Shown here: piece by piece, positions 38,265-52,365 of the stretch
Numbering within the stretch: position 1 is the first letter of the stretch
Layout: every line of letters begins with the position of its first letter
The notes under the pieces: model-generated
What the model was told of the DNA's origin: nothing
Databases searched by the model: none
What the model saw: the letters and a program-made list of their open reading frames with translations, nothing else
Source of the DNA: Phyllosticta citribraziliensis
Lineage: Eukaryota
Assembly: GCF_038025025.1 (NCBI RefSeq)
Contig: NW_027117346.1
Coordinates: 248,001 to 312,000 of the forward strand
Reading direction: 5' to 3'
Length of the DNA: 64,000 bases
Program-made: the position numbers and the translations under genes

Positions 38265-41200
38265 GGTCTCGTTGTTCTGACGTCTCAGTGGCTGCTCTAT
38301 CCTCTATGGCACTGAGGAAGACTTAATGTGCCTGCCCCGTTTTCATGATTCTTGCATTCAAAATTCCTTCACCGCACCTTTTATACCTTTCAAGTCATCG
38401 TTTGGAGGACCGGCTTCAGGCAGTTTATACCCAGGAATACAGCCATGGGGTCCGCCAGCGTGCCAGGTAACTACCAGGTTGCAGCCACGCTTCGGCAGGA
38501 CACTGCATGGCTCCTTTTCCTTTTCCTTTTCCCTTTTTTCTTTTCAATGGTGTTGGATCACCAAAACACAAAACTAGCAAGCACATTCACGGCCTATCTA
38601 CCACACCACCTGCAGCCCTCGATGGAGAGGTGCGGGATCACGACGACTCTACGACATGAGCGCGGTCTCTGCTGAGACGCGCGCCACATACATACAATAC
38701 CCTCAAGTCACGGTCGCTTTGCCTGGAACGATCGCTTGGATACCACCAGACTGCATAAATCGAAAGAGAGAAGACTTCACGAGGTTACGGATTATTTGAC
38801 GACGGATTGGGGGGCGTCTGCCACGGCGGCGTCCAAAAAAGCACTCGGAAAAGAGTGGACTATGATGACGACGGACGGTAAGGAGGGACTGCGATTGGGC
38901 ACGGCACGGCTTTTGGAATCGCTTTTTCCTCTTTTGTTCTGCAACTGGGGTTTTCTTCTTCTCTTTGCTCGTCGCTCTTACCTGTGCATTCTAGCTCGGC
39001 CCTGTTTTTGTTTCTCTTCCAGTCCTGCTGCGACTGCTAATGATTGATTGCTTGGGTGGGCTGGCACTATACCAAGAAAGAAGACGAAGAAGAAGAAAGA
39101 CGGAGGAAAGGAATTTGGAAGTTTGGTCTTTTCTCTCTCTTTTTGACCCGCAAAGGTCTTGTCACGGCTGGTTGGAACGGCTGGATATGCTGCTGGGGAT
39201 GGCGGCGATGTGTTTGCAACGCCTCCTCTCGGCTCCCCCCCTTATGATGATGACACGGTTATGACGGGATTTGTCTCTTTTATGGCCTCTCTCACCTCTT
39301 GCTCTTGTCGTCGCTTTTGCGATTGGTCTTTCGCTTTCCTTCGCGTCTGTTCTTGCTGCCTGCCTCTGTCTGCCAAATGGACGGGAAGTCTTTCGAGCCG
39401 GGGTTCACAAGTTCCAAGGTGCAGCTGTTCGGTAGCTGTCCCGGGCCTTCCCTTTTTGCGCGGCCTGATGGATTCTCGGAGCAGTTTTCGCGATTAACGT
39501 CGAATTTGGCTCCAGGGCTTTCTCTCCTGTCTCCGTCATCGCCGTCACCAAAGCCTCTCGCACAACACGAGAGTGGACAAGCCGCGACAGTCCAAAGCAC
39601 TTTGACGTCTGGCGCTGAGGGCTCTCACCATTCCACGACTCGTCTTGACCACCAGTCGAGCCTGTCTCGAAGGGCGGCTGTCACGGCGGCGGCGGCAGCA
39701 GCAGCAACGACGACGATACGACGCACGGCACGCTCAAATCCATATACAAGATAGGATAGGATAGAAAAAGTAGTTAGCACCTGAGCCTAGACCGACAGGG
39801 CTTGAGCACATACTCCCTCGTACGTACGTACGCTGCTCGCCCTGCTGTGCTCTGCTCTGCTCGCCGGCTCGCTGGCTCAGAGTAAATCTATGACCGTATT
39901 CTATCTATCTATGTTCTTGTTTATTTGCCTGCGCTACGGCTGTTTGCAAACGAAATTACAGAGTGACTTTTGCGGTGGCTGGGAGGTGTCTGCCGTGATT
40001 GCTTTGTGCAGGTCATGGAGGTAGGTAGGTAGGAAGGTAAGGTAGGTGGTTAGGCGCGCTGCAGGGCAGCTGGTGAGGAGGGCGGGAGGCACGCTTGCAT
40101 ATGTCTATGTATGTGTGCGCGTATCCGTCTACTGTACCCGCAGCTATTGAGCACTACACCATACTACACCATACTCCTCCCTCCTCCCTCTTCCTCTCTC
40201 TTTCCCAAGCACCACCCCATGCCCTCACCACTTCGCTTCGCTGCCCACCCAGCAAAAACGGTAGACTGCCGACGCGACAAACGCGCCAGTATGCACGGAA
40301 CTAAGATACCTACCGAGCATACTACCTACCATATCCTACCTACGGTGCTTGTAGGCAAGATACTGGTCAACGCGCCGAGCAAACGCGTCTGCCTACCAGG
40401 CAAGAGACCGGGAGGTAAGGGAGGGGGGGGTTTGGTAGCGTAAGCCACGCACGCACGCACGCACGCGTCTGGCGCCACGCTGCCAGCCAGCCAGCCAGCC
40501 AGCCTTCCAGCCGCCCGTCCGTCCGTCCGCCTGCCGCTGCCACGCGCGCGCGCGGTCCAGCCACGCGACACCTGCCTAGTTGGAGTCTGTGAGGAGTCGC
40601 GCGCGCGTTGATGGGGGAGGAGGGTCGGCGAGGAGCGTCGTCGTTCGTGGACGATGTGTTGGGATGGTTTGGGATGGTTTGGGGGTGGAGGTGGCTACCT
40701 GTAGCCGTGTGTCTAAGAATACCTACCTACCTATGTAAGTGCTTGGTTTCGAGGTACGCAGGCAGTGGGTGGGTGGGTAGGATGGTAGCATGGCGAAGAG
40801 CGTCGTGGACAAGCAGCGTCACGTACTCACATTCCCTCTCCTCTCTTCCCTTCCCCCTTCTCGTCTTTCCTCTTCCCTTCCTTTCTCTCCCTCACAATCA
40901 TCACTCAAGCCGCACGACAGCGCCCATCAGCAACGCCACGTCCGCCGCGCCACGCCACATCTGCCACGTCGGCCACGCGACACCTCAGCAATAGCCAGCC
41001 CAGCCCCGCCCAGGAACAAGGGTAGATGGGTTCCTGGAATGCGCGGCGGCGGCGGCGACGGAGGCAGCGCGCGTGCAGGGTTCCGCGTGCGCGCAGCTCA
41101 CGCGTCGTTCTTTGTTTACGTAGACGGCGGGCGGTGGTGGTGGACGGGCGGACGCGACGGGAGGCGTAAATTAGCTGAGCTGATTTAGGTCGTAGAGTAA

Positions 41201-44200
41201 AGACAACTAGGAACGTAGGTAGATAGGTTGATCGATGGGTGTGCGCTGGCTGGCGCGTGTGTTGGCTGGCGAGTTCATTTCTGGAGGTGTCGGAGGATGT
41301 TGTTTAATCTCTTTCTTTCTTTTCTTCTTTCTCTTTTCTTTTATGCGCTGCTTTTTCCCTGGTTCTTCTTGTGGGCTTTTTGTTCGACGGTGCCTCAAAG
41401 ATGCTTGCCATGCCATGGTCTTAGCAGACACCCTGTCAGAATCGTTCTTTTCCTTTTCTATTCTCCCTAGCAGCGACTCCATGACTTCCCCCCTCGCAAG
41501 AATCACCACAGCCCCTTAACAACTCAACCTCTCAGCGAACGTAGATATCATGCGCAACAGCTCCCACACGTGTGCAACGACATTTCGCGAAACGTTTCGG
41601 GTTGGTGGTGTGATGACAACGCATGCCCGCGGCATCAGTTGCTTCCGCGGGCAAGTTCCAGCTTCGAGTTCGAGTCATGGCCAACTTGTCATTCTGCCAT
41701 TTTCTTTCTTGCTCTAGACTCCAAGGGAGAAACGGGAGGGGCGTGATATGTGGTAGCGAGCGAGGCGTCGGAACCGGAGTTAGGTAGGTGGGTAAGGTTG
41801 AGTTGTTGGGCGTGTGGGCTATGCGGGTTTGCGTTGGCGAGGGAGGGAAGAGAGGGAGGTTGCGATGAGTTGGTGGTCAGTTTCGAAGCGCGTGGGTTTG
41901 GGAGAAAGATGAGTGTGTCGGTTTGGTCGTGGAGCCTGAAGTGGAGGGTGTGCTGGAGCAAAGTTCCTCTTCGAGTGTCTGTTCGATTGAGGAGTTTTGG
42001 AGACAGTATTGCTCGACATGAAGGAAAGGTGGCCAGGTGCGCCTGCGGAGAGGAGCGTAAAGATCGGGCCATGGAGATGGAGTCTCCTCATTTCTACCCT
42101 CTTCCCTCTCCTTTCTCTCCGTCTCGTGGGAAACGTCCGTCGACGAGTCGTCCTCAACCATCCTCAAACAAATAGTCTTCTCCCAGGCCCTCAACCCATC
42201 AATCTCCATCACATCATTCACATCCATCCATCCGCCTCGCACAAGGTAAACAAACCCACGCCACAGCAAAACACATCAAACCCGCCGCCAACGCAGAACC
42301 GCCCCCTCGCATCGACCAATCTTCAAACACGACATCTCTTCGCCGCAAACGCCCTTCAAAGGTTCCGCAGCAGAGCACAGCGCAGCGTGCGTCACGCAGC
42401 TCCTCCGCCGTCCTAGCCGTCCGACGAACTTTCGGTATGTGCTGATATCATACCACATGGCGCGGCTCCTCGGCCAGGTCTCCTGAGCGCCAGAGATAAG
42501 GCAAAGGCAAGGCGAGGGCGACGGCTGCGTTGCACGGACAAGATGAGACGTCAGTCGATGCGTCCACTGTCCTTGCTCTTTTTCGTTTCTGGTGCGCTGG
42601 CCTTTTTTCCTTTCTTTGTTGGGTTGTTTGAGTGAGAGGTGCGTCGGCTGCCTGCGCTCCTCCGTTTGCTCCCGACGAGGCAAGTACGGGCCGTGGTGTG
42701 ATAGACGCAGCGCGGGTCCTTTTTGTGGATCTGGTGGCCTGCTGTGGCGAGGGGGGTTTGGGAGGTGAGGCTGACTGCAGGTTTTGTTTGTTTGGTGCGT
42801 GGCCTTGCGCGGCGGTGGGTTTGGTTGGGATGAGATTGTTCGAAAAAGTCGCCGGACGCACTCGAGTTGACCCCTGATGGATTTTTGCTCGACACTTGAT
42901 CGTTTTCGCCGATTTTTTGGGCCATTTCTTTTCTCGCTCATCGCGCGCGACAAGGCTGGTCGCTGTCGTCGTTGAACTGACGTGTTGTCCAGCGTCCATC
43001 TGCTGCTTTCCTCGCGCTGTGCAGGTTTCCTCGAATTGATTTGCCCACTTCATCTGCCAAACCCAACGTCCAGAGTCTTCTGCGCATCCGGAAGAGCACT
43101 ATGCACAGATACACAGTCGACACCCATTCGGCAACTTCGAGACTCATGAAGTGGGCAAGGTACAGGGACGATAAAAGGCTTGGACAGTCTGTTGATTTCC
43201 CTGCGCACATTTGATGGCTTTGCTGATGGGAAAGCTTGCGTACTGTACTTTGCTTCCATTGTACCATGGAGCATCATCGGCGTGGAACGCAGGCTGTGTC
43301 ATCCCATTTTCTCCTACTCCTAAAAAGCTCTGTCAGTTGAGCATACGCTTTGAAGCATGAAGAACCGGAGATGTCGCTCTGCGCGCCATAGCGGCGGCCT
43401 TGTGGACTGTCGAAAAAAAGAAAGGAAAAAAAAAAAAAAAAGGAAGAAGAAAGGTTAACACGCACCTCGCCAACCACTACTCAGGTCAATAGCAACCAAC
43501 ACCGCTTCATTCAGATTCCCTCGTCGTAGCAGTAGCGAGGAACGTGGAAAGAAGGAAAGACGCCGCCGCCGGCACCGCTGGTTGCGGGGCCCCACACCCA
43601 CACGCTCTGACGCTTGCAACCATTACAGGCACCCCGCCATCTCTGTACACCCTCGTACCTCACACCCACCCTTGATCTAGTGACAGCAGGACGATTGGGG
43701 ATAGTGAGTGACGAGCGATGATGAGTGCGGTGTCGATCCGGGGGCGACTGTTGGAGAACCTTAGGCGGGGTGTGCCTGGTAGGTTTGGTTACATGTAGGT
43801 TGCCTGGTGGGGTGGGTATGACGTCATTGATGGAGGAGGACGGAGGACGGGGACGGATGTCGGGGATGGTGGGGTGGCCTTCCAAGGTTGTTTTATTGCG
43901 TGGGTGTGAGTATGATGATGGACGAATGGATGGATGAAGGATGGATAGCGCAAAGACTCAACAAGTCGCGAGGCATCATGGTGATGGTGTCCAACGCCCA
44001 TCCGCACGCCTGTAACCACCACCTCAGCCAGACCAACCAACCAACTAACCAAAGAGAAAACCCACACAGGTAGGTAAGGTACCTAGGTAGGCTCTATCCA
44101 TTCATCTATCTGTTCAACATCAAACAACCACTTTTCCATTCTTCACTCCGTCTATCACAGAAAACCATTTACTGCCCACGCAACCCAATCCAGCAACACC

Positions 44201-45523
44201 GCGTCCGTCTGTCTAGAAGTGCGAGAGAAAAAAAAAAAGAAAAAAAAAAAAAGCTGGCAGAGTAGGAGACATAGGCCGTCGTCGCATAGCAGCAGCACAG
44301 CAGGCGCAAGAAGCAAGGAAGAGAAGGGCAGACAGGAAAAGTGCCAATGCCGCCCACCACCACCACAACCATCATCACACGTGGTCCCACCCCGCTCTCA
44401 ATCAACCGCACCGCACTGCTGGAGCGCAGAGGTGCCGTGCGTGCGTGTGTCAAGGCAGCCAAGAAAGCACACCGCACCCACAAAGCGCGCGCTTGACAAA
44501 GGAAGGGAGGGCGCACACAGAGCTCATCCGGCAGTCCAACGACTCGACTTAGCGACTCCGTACAAACGAAGCCACCAACAGCAGAAAAGGGAAGAAAAGT
44601 GATGAGGATCTCATGATAGCATTTGCAGAGATGAAAAAAGGCAAGAAGCGGAGAGGCAGCGGTAGTAGCAGCAGCAGTAGCAATCAAAAACCCGCTCTAG
44701 AAAACAAGACAGCAAAAGAGACCGATCACCGAACCCCAAAGGAAAAACACGAAACGCCTTTCCCATATGCCGTCCCCCGCCTCCGTCCATGCAGCACACT
44801 CGATCCCCCCCGCCTCGCTCGCTCGGCCCCTTTCGTGGCTCGCCGTATGACTGTCTATCCAAGCTAATGTAGTGGCATCGTACACGGCTGCTAGGAAGAG
44901 CCGACCAAAGAAGAAGAGCGGAGTGGATGGACGGATCGATCGATCGATCAGAAAGGAAAAAAGAGATGGAAAGAGGAGAATGAAATCCGTATCCGGCTAC
45001 TCTGCACGAGAGCAACAGCCTTGTCGTGCCTATGTGTGTGTAGAGTCTATCAACGCCCCACCCCCCTGGTCATCCAGCTTCGTGTAAAAGAGACGCCGTG
45101 AAGAGAGCTTTTCTAAAGTGTCTGCGCCATTGGTAGTAGTAGTAGTAAAGCAAAGCAAAAAGGCACTCTAGGGAAAAGGTCTCGCCTTCTGTGGGCGAGA
45201 GAGAAGCGAGGGTAGAATGGAGAGGTCACACCAGTCCGCTGCCCTATGGAGGAGAGACGAAGATGGATGTGCGTGTGTGGAGAGTTGTATGCGCCAAAAG
45301 TCTATACACTGTGGTCTTGACGCCGAATCAGATGTGAATCGGAAATCTCTTCTGAAGTGGGGGCAGTGCAAAGAAACAACGAAAGGAAGACGCCGGCCCG
45401 ATGCAATTATGCGAGGAAAGAAGGTGGTGAATAAGGTGGTGGTGATACACGACAGGGTCGAATGGTAGTCAAAGGGATACGTGTCGGGGTAAAGGGCGCC
45501 AAAGTTGACTGGTGGAGAGGCGC

Positions 45524-48043
45524 TTAGAGCTGGCCAGGCTGGGGACGAGGCTTGTAGTCGGGGAGGTACTCGAACCACTGCTCCTCAGGCTTGTAACGGT
45601 AAGCCTTGAACTCGACGCCGTACGGCTTGGGCTCCAGCATGTACAACATGCCGAGCGGGCAGTCAATGTCGGCGACCTCGGTGCGGGCAAGGCCTAAAAA
45701 GTAGGCCAACAGGACGCGAGCGACGGAGCGGTGGGTGATGAGCAGGGCGTGGTCGGTCATACGTTCCAGTTCCACAATGACTGGGCGCAGGCGATTGATG
45801 ACGTCAAGGTAACCCTCACCGCCAGGGCCGGGGTAGCGGTATTGCAGCTTGTCCTGACGCCGAAGATCGAATTCCGCGGTGTACTTTTCCCGGATCTGAT
45901 CGTAGGTCATACCCTCCATGAGACCAGCATTGAGCTCGTCCAGCATGCGCATCTGCTTGAGGTCAAAGTCCTCCTCGTCAAAGTACTGGGCCGTCTGGAT
46001 TGCTCGCTTGAGCATGGACGTCCAGACGCAGCAGTTCTTGCGCGGGGGCTCTTCCTCGGCCATGAAGTAGGGGTTTGGCGGAGACATGTCGCCGGGCTGG
46101 GGTGGGAAATGAGCCGCCATGTTCTTTTCGCGCTGGCGAATTTCCCAAGCTTCGCGCTCGTATTTGATAAACTTGGTGACAGCCTCGGCGTAGCGCCGAC
46201 CGCTCTCGCTGAGGTCCGAATCGCCGCCAATCTTGCCTGCGACATTGTCCATGGATTCCCCGTGACGCGTGATCCAAATCATCCGGGGCGCAAGGTTAAA
46301 GTTGAGCAGGTAGTAGACGGCCTGCGCAGCGATGAAGCCCCTGATTTGGTGCGAAATGACCTTGCGCCCGACATCGATCATTTGGACGTAGGCCATGTTG
46401 TTCCGCTCCTCGTAGTCTCCCAGCGGCACGTACGCCTTTTCGTAAATGGCAACACGCTTCTTAAAGTCCTCCAAGGCGACGACTGGGTCCTTGTCCTTGT
46501 AGTCGGGGCCAGAGAGCTTGAGGCGCATGTTGGATTCCAAGAGACGCTCGTCCTTGCAGAGAGACTCGACAAAGAGGACGTTGAGTTCTACGCCGCACCT
46601 GTCGCGCACACGCCTCACGATAGCAGAGCGGCGCTCGAGGGTGCTATTGGTCGCATCCAAAATGGCAACAGTTCCGCTCGTGTTTCTGAGGTAGTCGATG
46701 GCGTCGTCCAGAGTCTCCATGGCGCATTGCTCGCGCAAGAGCGCCGCCTTGTAGTTGTTGGGGTCGAAGAAGCTTGCAGACTGGTCCATGACCTCGACGG
46801 TGGGCAACCGCTCGGGCGTCTTTTGTTGAGTGAGCTCCGGGAAGGCCTCCTTGAGGAATTTGCGATCTTCCTCATCCCGCTTCTTCTCCTCCTCAATCTC
46901 GTTTGTGGGGGGAGGTGGGGTGCCATTTTGTTGGGGCACCTCGTGGCCGTTGACCAGAATCTTGGCGGCCAAGTGGGGAGGATGCAGCTGTTGCTTTTGC
47001 TCAATGACGCCCTGGGGCGCGCCAGTGGAGATGCTTTCTCGTCGCACAGAGTCGGTAGGGCGCCTCTCGGCCTTGGGCGACGGCTCAGGGTTTGAAGTGC
47101 CGCCTCCGCCGGCGGCGATGCGGCGCCGCTCGCCAACGTTGAATATGCGAGCCTCGTGTTGCAACCAATTCAAGTACCTGGCCAGCTTCTTTGTGATGTA
47201 GCTCTTGCCACGGGCGGGCAAGCCGACCATGACGATGAGGAGCTTTGCGCCCAGGTCTCGCTGAGCAATGCGGCCATCGGGGGAGATTTTGGACTTTGTG
47301 AGGCCGGGGATGTCGAGGGTGGTAGGGCGGATGCGGGGCGTGGAGCTCCCAGAGTTGCTGCGTATGGGGGGACTGTCCATGTCTGTTAGCTGTGTGTGTC
47401 TGCAAAGGGCATGACTCTGGAAGCCCAGGTATTTGATGACAGTGCGGGCAGTCGGGCCGAAGGCGCAAAATGTGGGTTGCGCACAAGCCCAGGCACCGTG
47501 GAGTGACGTCTGTTGATGCAATTGTGCACAGGGAGCGGCGACTTACATGCGGGGGCTGTTGGGGGCAGTGGTGTTGGGGGTGTCGCTTGGAGGGATGCCG
47601 ACGCCGTCTTTGGCTTGGTTTTTGGCGTGGTGGTGGTGGTGATGGGTGGTCGGTGGCAGCTTCAGGTCTGCGTCGGACGAGTGGCCATCGAGGCCCGTGG
47701 CGGCGCGAGCGCGGGGAGGAATCGAGGGCGGAGGAGCTGGAGCTGGGGTTTGCGACGGTCGTACAGGGAAAGTTTGCTGTTGCTTTTGCACGAAGCCGTC
47801 GGAAGCGGGGAGTTGGGTGGAGGTGGTGGTATTATTCATAAGGGCGACCTTGGCAAAGTCGCTGAGCTGGGACTGGTGGCGCCTAGCAATAAGCGTGTCG
47901 AGCTGGAGGAGCTTGGAGGCGGCGGGGTGGAAGTCGTAGTCGTAGTCGTAGTCGTAGTCGCGGTGGGGAGGAGGAGTTGGAGTTGGAGACGGAGTGAGAG
48001 AGCCCATGGGGGCGTACGGATGGTCAGAGGTTATTAGCGGCAT
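45524..48043 (-). CDS. 6-phosphofructo-2-kinase / fructose-2,6-bisphosphatase family (Pfk26-like), 2 exons
   Basis: P-loop VMVGLPARGKSY, FNVGERRR, ILDATNST, histidine-phosphatase WITRHGES. Exon 1 runs from ATG 48043; intron 47373-47546 (GTAAGT..CTAAC..CAG) restores SPRIPPIRSNSG. Confidence 0.92.
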
Positions 48044-48552
48044 GGCCGGGGGATGTTGCAGTGCGTAGTGACGCAGCTTGGCAGGGAAGCCGTCGGTTAG
48101 GTTGGTCCTGTCGCTCAGCTCCTTGTCGACTACACCTTTTTTTTACACTTTGCGACGTCCGGCGACGGGTGGCGCGGGTTTTAAGGCGACTGGTAGCCAC
48201 AGTCCTTCCTTTTGTCGAGGCGAGACGAGACCGGGGCCGGTGTTGGGGACGTCGAGCGTGGTGGATTTATCTTCTGACTATAACATGAGAGACCCGCTGT
48301 ACCGTCTGGCTGACTTTTTGGATGAGGCTGCCACCGCACCGCTGGGAACACAGGAGCGACGCGACGACTCCATTCCTCGCTTTGCTGCCACGCCAACGCC
48401 GCGTGCAACAGAAGCCAGAGACGTCCATGACTTGGTGTCCAATCATTGACCCACGTCCTCAGCTCAACGCTTTGCCGTTGCGCCCTCCCTCGACAGCTCC
48501 GTCGGCCTTCGGGCGTCCTCATTCTACCTATTCCGTACACACGCACACCACA

Positions 48553-49026
48553 CTACGCTGATAGCTTCAAGGTCAGCACCAGCAGGGATGTGTATGCTGC
48601 TACACTAAGCGCCGTGAGCACCGACACGACGTTGCCCGACGTCCTGAATTTCTTGCGCTGCAGCCCGTCCTCGCCCACCTCGGCAAAGAATTGCTTGTTG
48701 CCGTGCTGCCGCCTCAGCAGGCTGGTAAACAGCACCGCCGCCCCGTACACGGCGAACAGGGCGCCGATCGAGTAGAATTCGGCTGTGAAGATCTTGAGCA
48801 CCACCAGCGCAAATGAAAACTGCCCCAGTGCCGTGCGAATGTAGGCCCCTTCAAACGTCCGCTGCGCTGCCCTGATCTCGACGAGCTCGTCTTGGGTGAG
48901 AATGACGGACCGCGCCCGGTGGAGGCGCAACCGGTACCTGTCGGCGGGATTTCGTCCCTGTCATGAATCCGTCCTGCTTCAGCTAGCTTCCTGGGGGCTT
49001 GATCCGGATAAGCACACCTCGAACAT
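48553..49026 (-). CDS. Small DUF202/YidH-like membrane protein
   Basis: ELVEIRAAQRTFEGAYIRTALGQFSFALVVLKIF followed by further hydrophobic helices. Probable micro-exon ATG TTC GAG at 49026, then a GTGTGC..CAG intron; the start is uncertain. Confidence 0.8.
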
Positions 49027-49848
49027 GATGATGATGATGTCTAAGCGTCGATGGCTGCTTCAGTGCGTTGCACTCAGGTCGATTCGTGTGCGTAGCTCCG
49101 ACGGTCACCGACCGATGCAATCAACGGCTCCCGACCCGCAGTCTCCTGCAGCTCGCTCGTCTCAAATCTCCCTTGACGGTTCCGTTGTCGTGCTACAGAG
49201 CCCGGCTGCACACGCGATGATGAAGAGAGGTGGGAAGATGTATGATGGTGAACATGTGGCTGACCTGGTTGTCAAGCCAAGGAATATGCAGGCCGAGACG
49301 TAGGTGCAGACAGCTCGGCAGCTTAGCTTCCTGGTACTGTAGCTAGCTACCTCAGCTTGCAGCATCGTGAATCAGACGGTTCGACAACCTTTTCTTAGAG
49401 TGCTGAACCCAAACGCGTATTTTCATCGATTCTCGTTCCCCTCTGACATGTGCCTGTCGTGTGGCGCATCGGGTGGGGCTGAAGCTCTTGTGGAGCAGCC
49501 GGCGTCGGTCAACTTCCTTCCCTTGAATGTTCCCAGCGCGTCGCGAACACGTCAACCCCACGAACAAAGATCTTTCCCCTGCTCGAGCTGAACGCGGCCT
49601 GTGGAATCTGCCAATTCTTTCACCGACTTCAAAGCTTGACTGCGCCAGCGCACCGACAAGATTCAAAGGCCCCACGCGAACAAGGGCGCTGCCAGACATT
49701 CACCATTATTTTACAGCGCCGACCTCCGCTGCTGCTGCGTTTCCTCCACCACCGCAAATACACGACCGCTGCAGCTGCTCTCCACTTTTGCGCCCTCGAA
49801 TACTCCTTCCTCGACGTCCTTTGGAATAAATTACGTCCAGCACGCGTC

Positions 49849-51132
49849 ATGGCTGCCGAAGACGTCAAGTCACAGCCCGCAACGAGCAACGCGTCGTCTG
49901 GGACGAAACGGAAAAGGGCAGGCGAGCACAAGTTTTATGCCGTCAAGAATGGACACAAGCCTGGCGTCTACAGCAACTACAACGATTGCCAAGCGCAGGT
50001 CAAGGGTTTCAAGAACGCAACTTGTACACCACCAAGCAGCCCCTCCTGCCTGCATCCGCTTACTCTTCAAATCTAGTCAAGGCATTTCCCACCGCTGCCG
50101 AGGCCCAAGCATTTGTCAGATCCGGCAGTGACTCGACTACCACAGACAAGACCGACGACTCCAAAGTAACAAAGTTCTACGCGGTCCAAAACGGTCGAGT
50201 GCCTGGCGTGTATACCGACTGGGCTTCTTGCCAAAAGCAGACTACCGGCTTCTACGGTGCCAAATTCAAGTCATTTGCAACACGTGCCGAGGCAGACACA
50301 TTTGCAAAGGGCGGTAGGCCAACTGGAGGAGCTGTCGGAAACGTCTCAGTCGACGCAGACTCGCCGGCCGACAGCGGTGACGCAGCTTCGAACAAAGAAC
50401 CAGCGGCAAAGAAACAAAGAAAGAGCAATACGCCAGCCGAGGCTACTGGAGATTGGGAGCCTGGTGACGGGCCATTGCCCGAGGACGCCGAGGACAATTT
50501 CGACTCGACTATTATACTAGACCCATCGGGCAAGGTCCAGTACAAGACGGAGGAGCAAAAGAATGCCAAGAAAAAGGTTCCCACTGGCGATTCCAAGGGC
50601 GGTTCACTCGTCATCTATACGGACGGTAGCTCCCTGGGCAACGGCAAGAAGGGCGCCTTTGCTGGCGTTGGTGTCTTCTTCGGTCCCTTGGATGAGAGGT
50701 AACGCGTGCCGATCCTTGCCTTTGCCGCACAGTGCTAATAAAGTCTAAAGAAACGTCTCCGCTCCGCTTGCTGGGCCCCGTCAAACCAATCAACGAGCAG
50801 AGCTTACAGCCATCCAGCGAGCTCTCAATATCGCCCCATTGACGCGCGACGTGGAAATCTGCACTGACAGCAAATACTCCATCGACTGTGTTACCAACTG
50901 GATAATCAGCTGGAAGAAGAAGGACTGGAAGACGTCTGCTGGGAAGCCCGTGGAGAACAGAGACTTGATCGAGGCCATCGATGGCCGCATGGAAGAGAGG
51001 AAGAAGCTCAACCGCATCACCAAGTACACGTGGGTCAAGGGCCATGCCGACAACCCGGGGAACAAAGCCGCCGATGAGTTGGCAGTCCAGGGCGCTAGGA
51101 AGGCCATGGCTGATGCCAAAGTCGAGGCCTAG
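49849..51132 (+). CDS. RNH1: Ribonuclease H1 with two N-terminal hybrid-binding (caulimovirus-like) domains; 3 exons
   Basis: KFYAVKNGHKPGVY and KFYAVQNGRVPGVYTDW; catalytic IYTDGSSLGNG, TNQRAEL, ICTDSKY, WVKGHADNPGNKAADELA. Confidence 0.95.
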
Positions 51133-52365
51133 GTCTTGCAAGCGTGGGACGAGAATTTGTCGCAGCTGCAGGAGCGGCGTGAATTGCTTGCATGCTGCAG
51201 GTGAAGTTCTTGGCAGGTGTCAAAGCCAACGCCAGCCGAAGCATGAAGAGCCATAAAACACGGCTCACGGCGTGGGTCAACGTCAGGGATAGACGCTTTG
51301 CCGGCTTCCCCAAAAGTGTTTTGCGGTCGAGTATCAGAAACCACCCACGAACCACCCACGAAACGCACTCTCTTTCGCCGTCTACTCGAGATACCAACCA
51401 GAAACAGAAACGACACGCCAAGTCGAGCACGAAAGCAAAAGAAAACGGAGACAGACCAAAACCAATCACCGCTCACCCATCCCCTCATCCATCCATCCAA
51501 TCCCCTCTCACGGTCTCAGTCCCTGTATCGCCACACCAAAACACCAAGAGAGAACCAAGCCAAAAAGAAAAACATCACGAGGAACGAATGACAAGATAGA
51601 AAAGGACACGACAGGAAAAGAAAAGAAATGAACATTTTTGCTCTCTACCTATTGCCTAGCTGCCAAGCTCCGCCTCGTGATTCTCCCAAGAGTGCTGAAG
51701 TCGAGACAAGAAAAACAAGCGTAAGGTGGTAGGTGGGTGGAGCGCTGCCTGAGCTGCGTCGAGATGATGCGTTTCTGGCCACCTACCTCTGCGGGCCAAG
51801 ACGTCAGGGCAGGCAAGTACCGTACGTGCACGTCGTTTTGGCCTCCTCCTGTCTTGTCACGGTCTTGCTTCGTTGCCTGTGGCTATGGTCGTGCCGGTCG
51901 GTCATCTCGGATGCCAGCCGTCTTATGAGTCGCCCCTAACGCTTGCCTCCTGAATCGATATGGGCGTGTATGTACACCTCTCCTCGCTCCCCGCTTCCCG
52001 CACCCCGTCACTATCCGTCCCCGTCCCCGTGATCGTCTGAGGTCAGAACAGAGATGAGCGATGCCTGCCTCTCTGCAGCCCGCCGTGTCCTACCGCCACC
52101 GCGCGCCGCCACCGGGCAGCAGGTGGCGGCCTTGTACAACAACATAGCATAGTACAGTGCATCGCCCTCCCCGCGTCTTACTGCCGGCCGCTCCGACAAC
52201 TCTGTTCTAACGGTTCCACGCAGATCAGCACGAGAGAGGAATCACGCGGCGGGCTGGCCGGCGTGGACGCGCTGGTGCAGCTCGACAACAGCGCGCCACC
52301 GTCCCGTCTCGCCTCGCCTCTCGTCGTCCCGTTTGGCTAGCTAGGGCGTTGCGGGAAAGGGGGGC

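Noticed and set aside
45731..47095. 454-aa plus-strand ORF
   Set aside because: Antisense shadow of the GC3-rich 6-phosphofructo-2-kinase gene; no independent motif.
49849..51132. RNase H as a retroelement remnant
   Set aside because: It has introns and two hybrid-binding domains, with no RT, integrase or LTR nearby, so it is cellular RNase H1.
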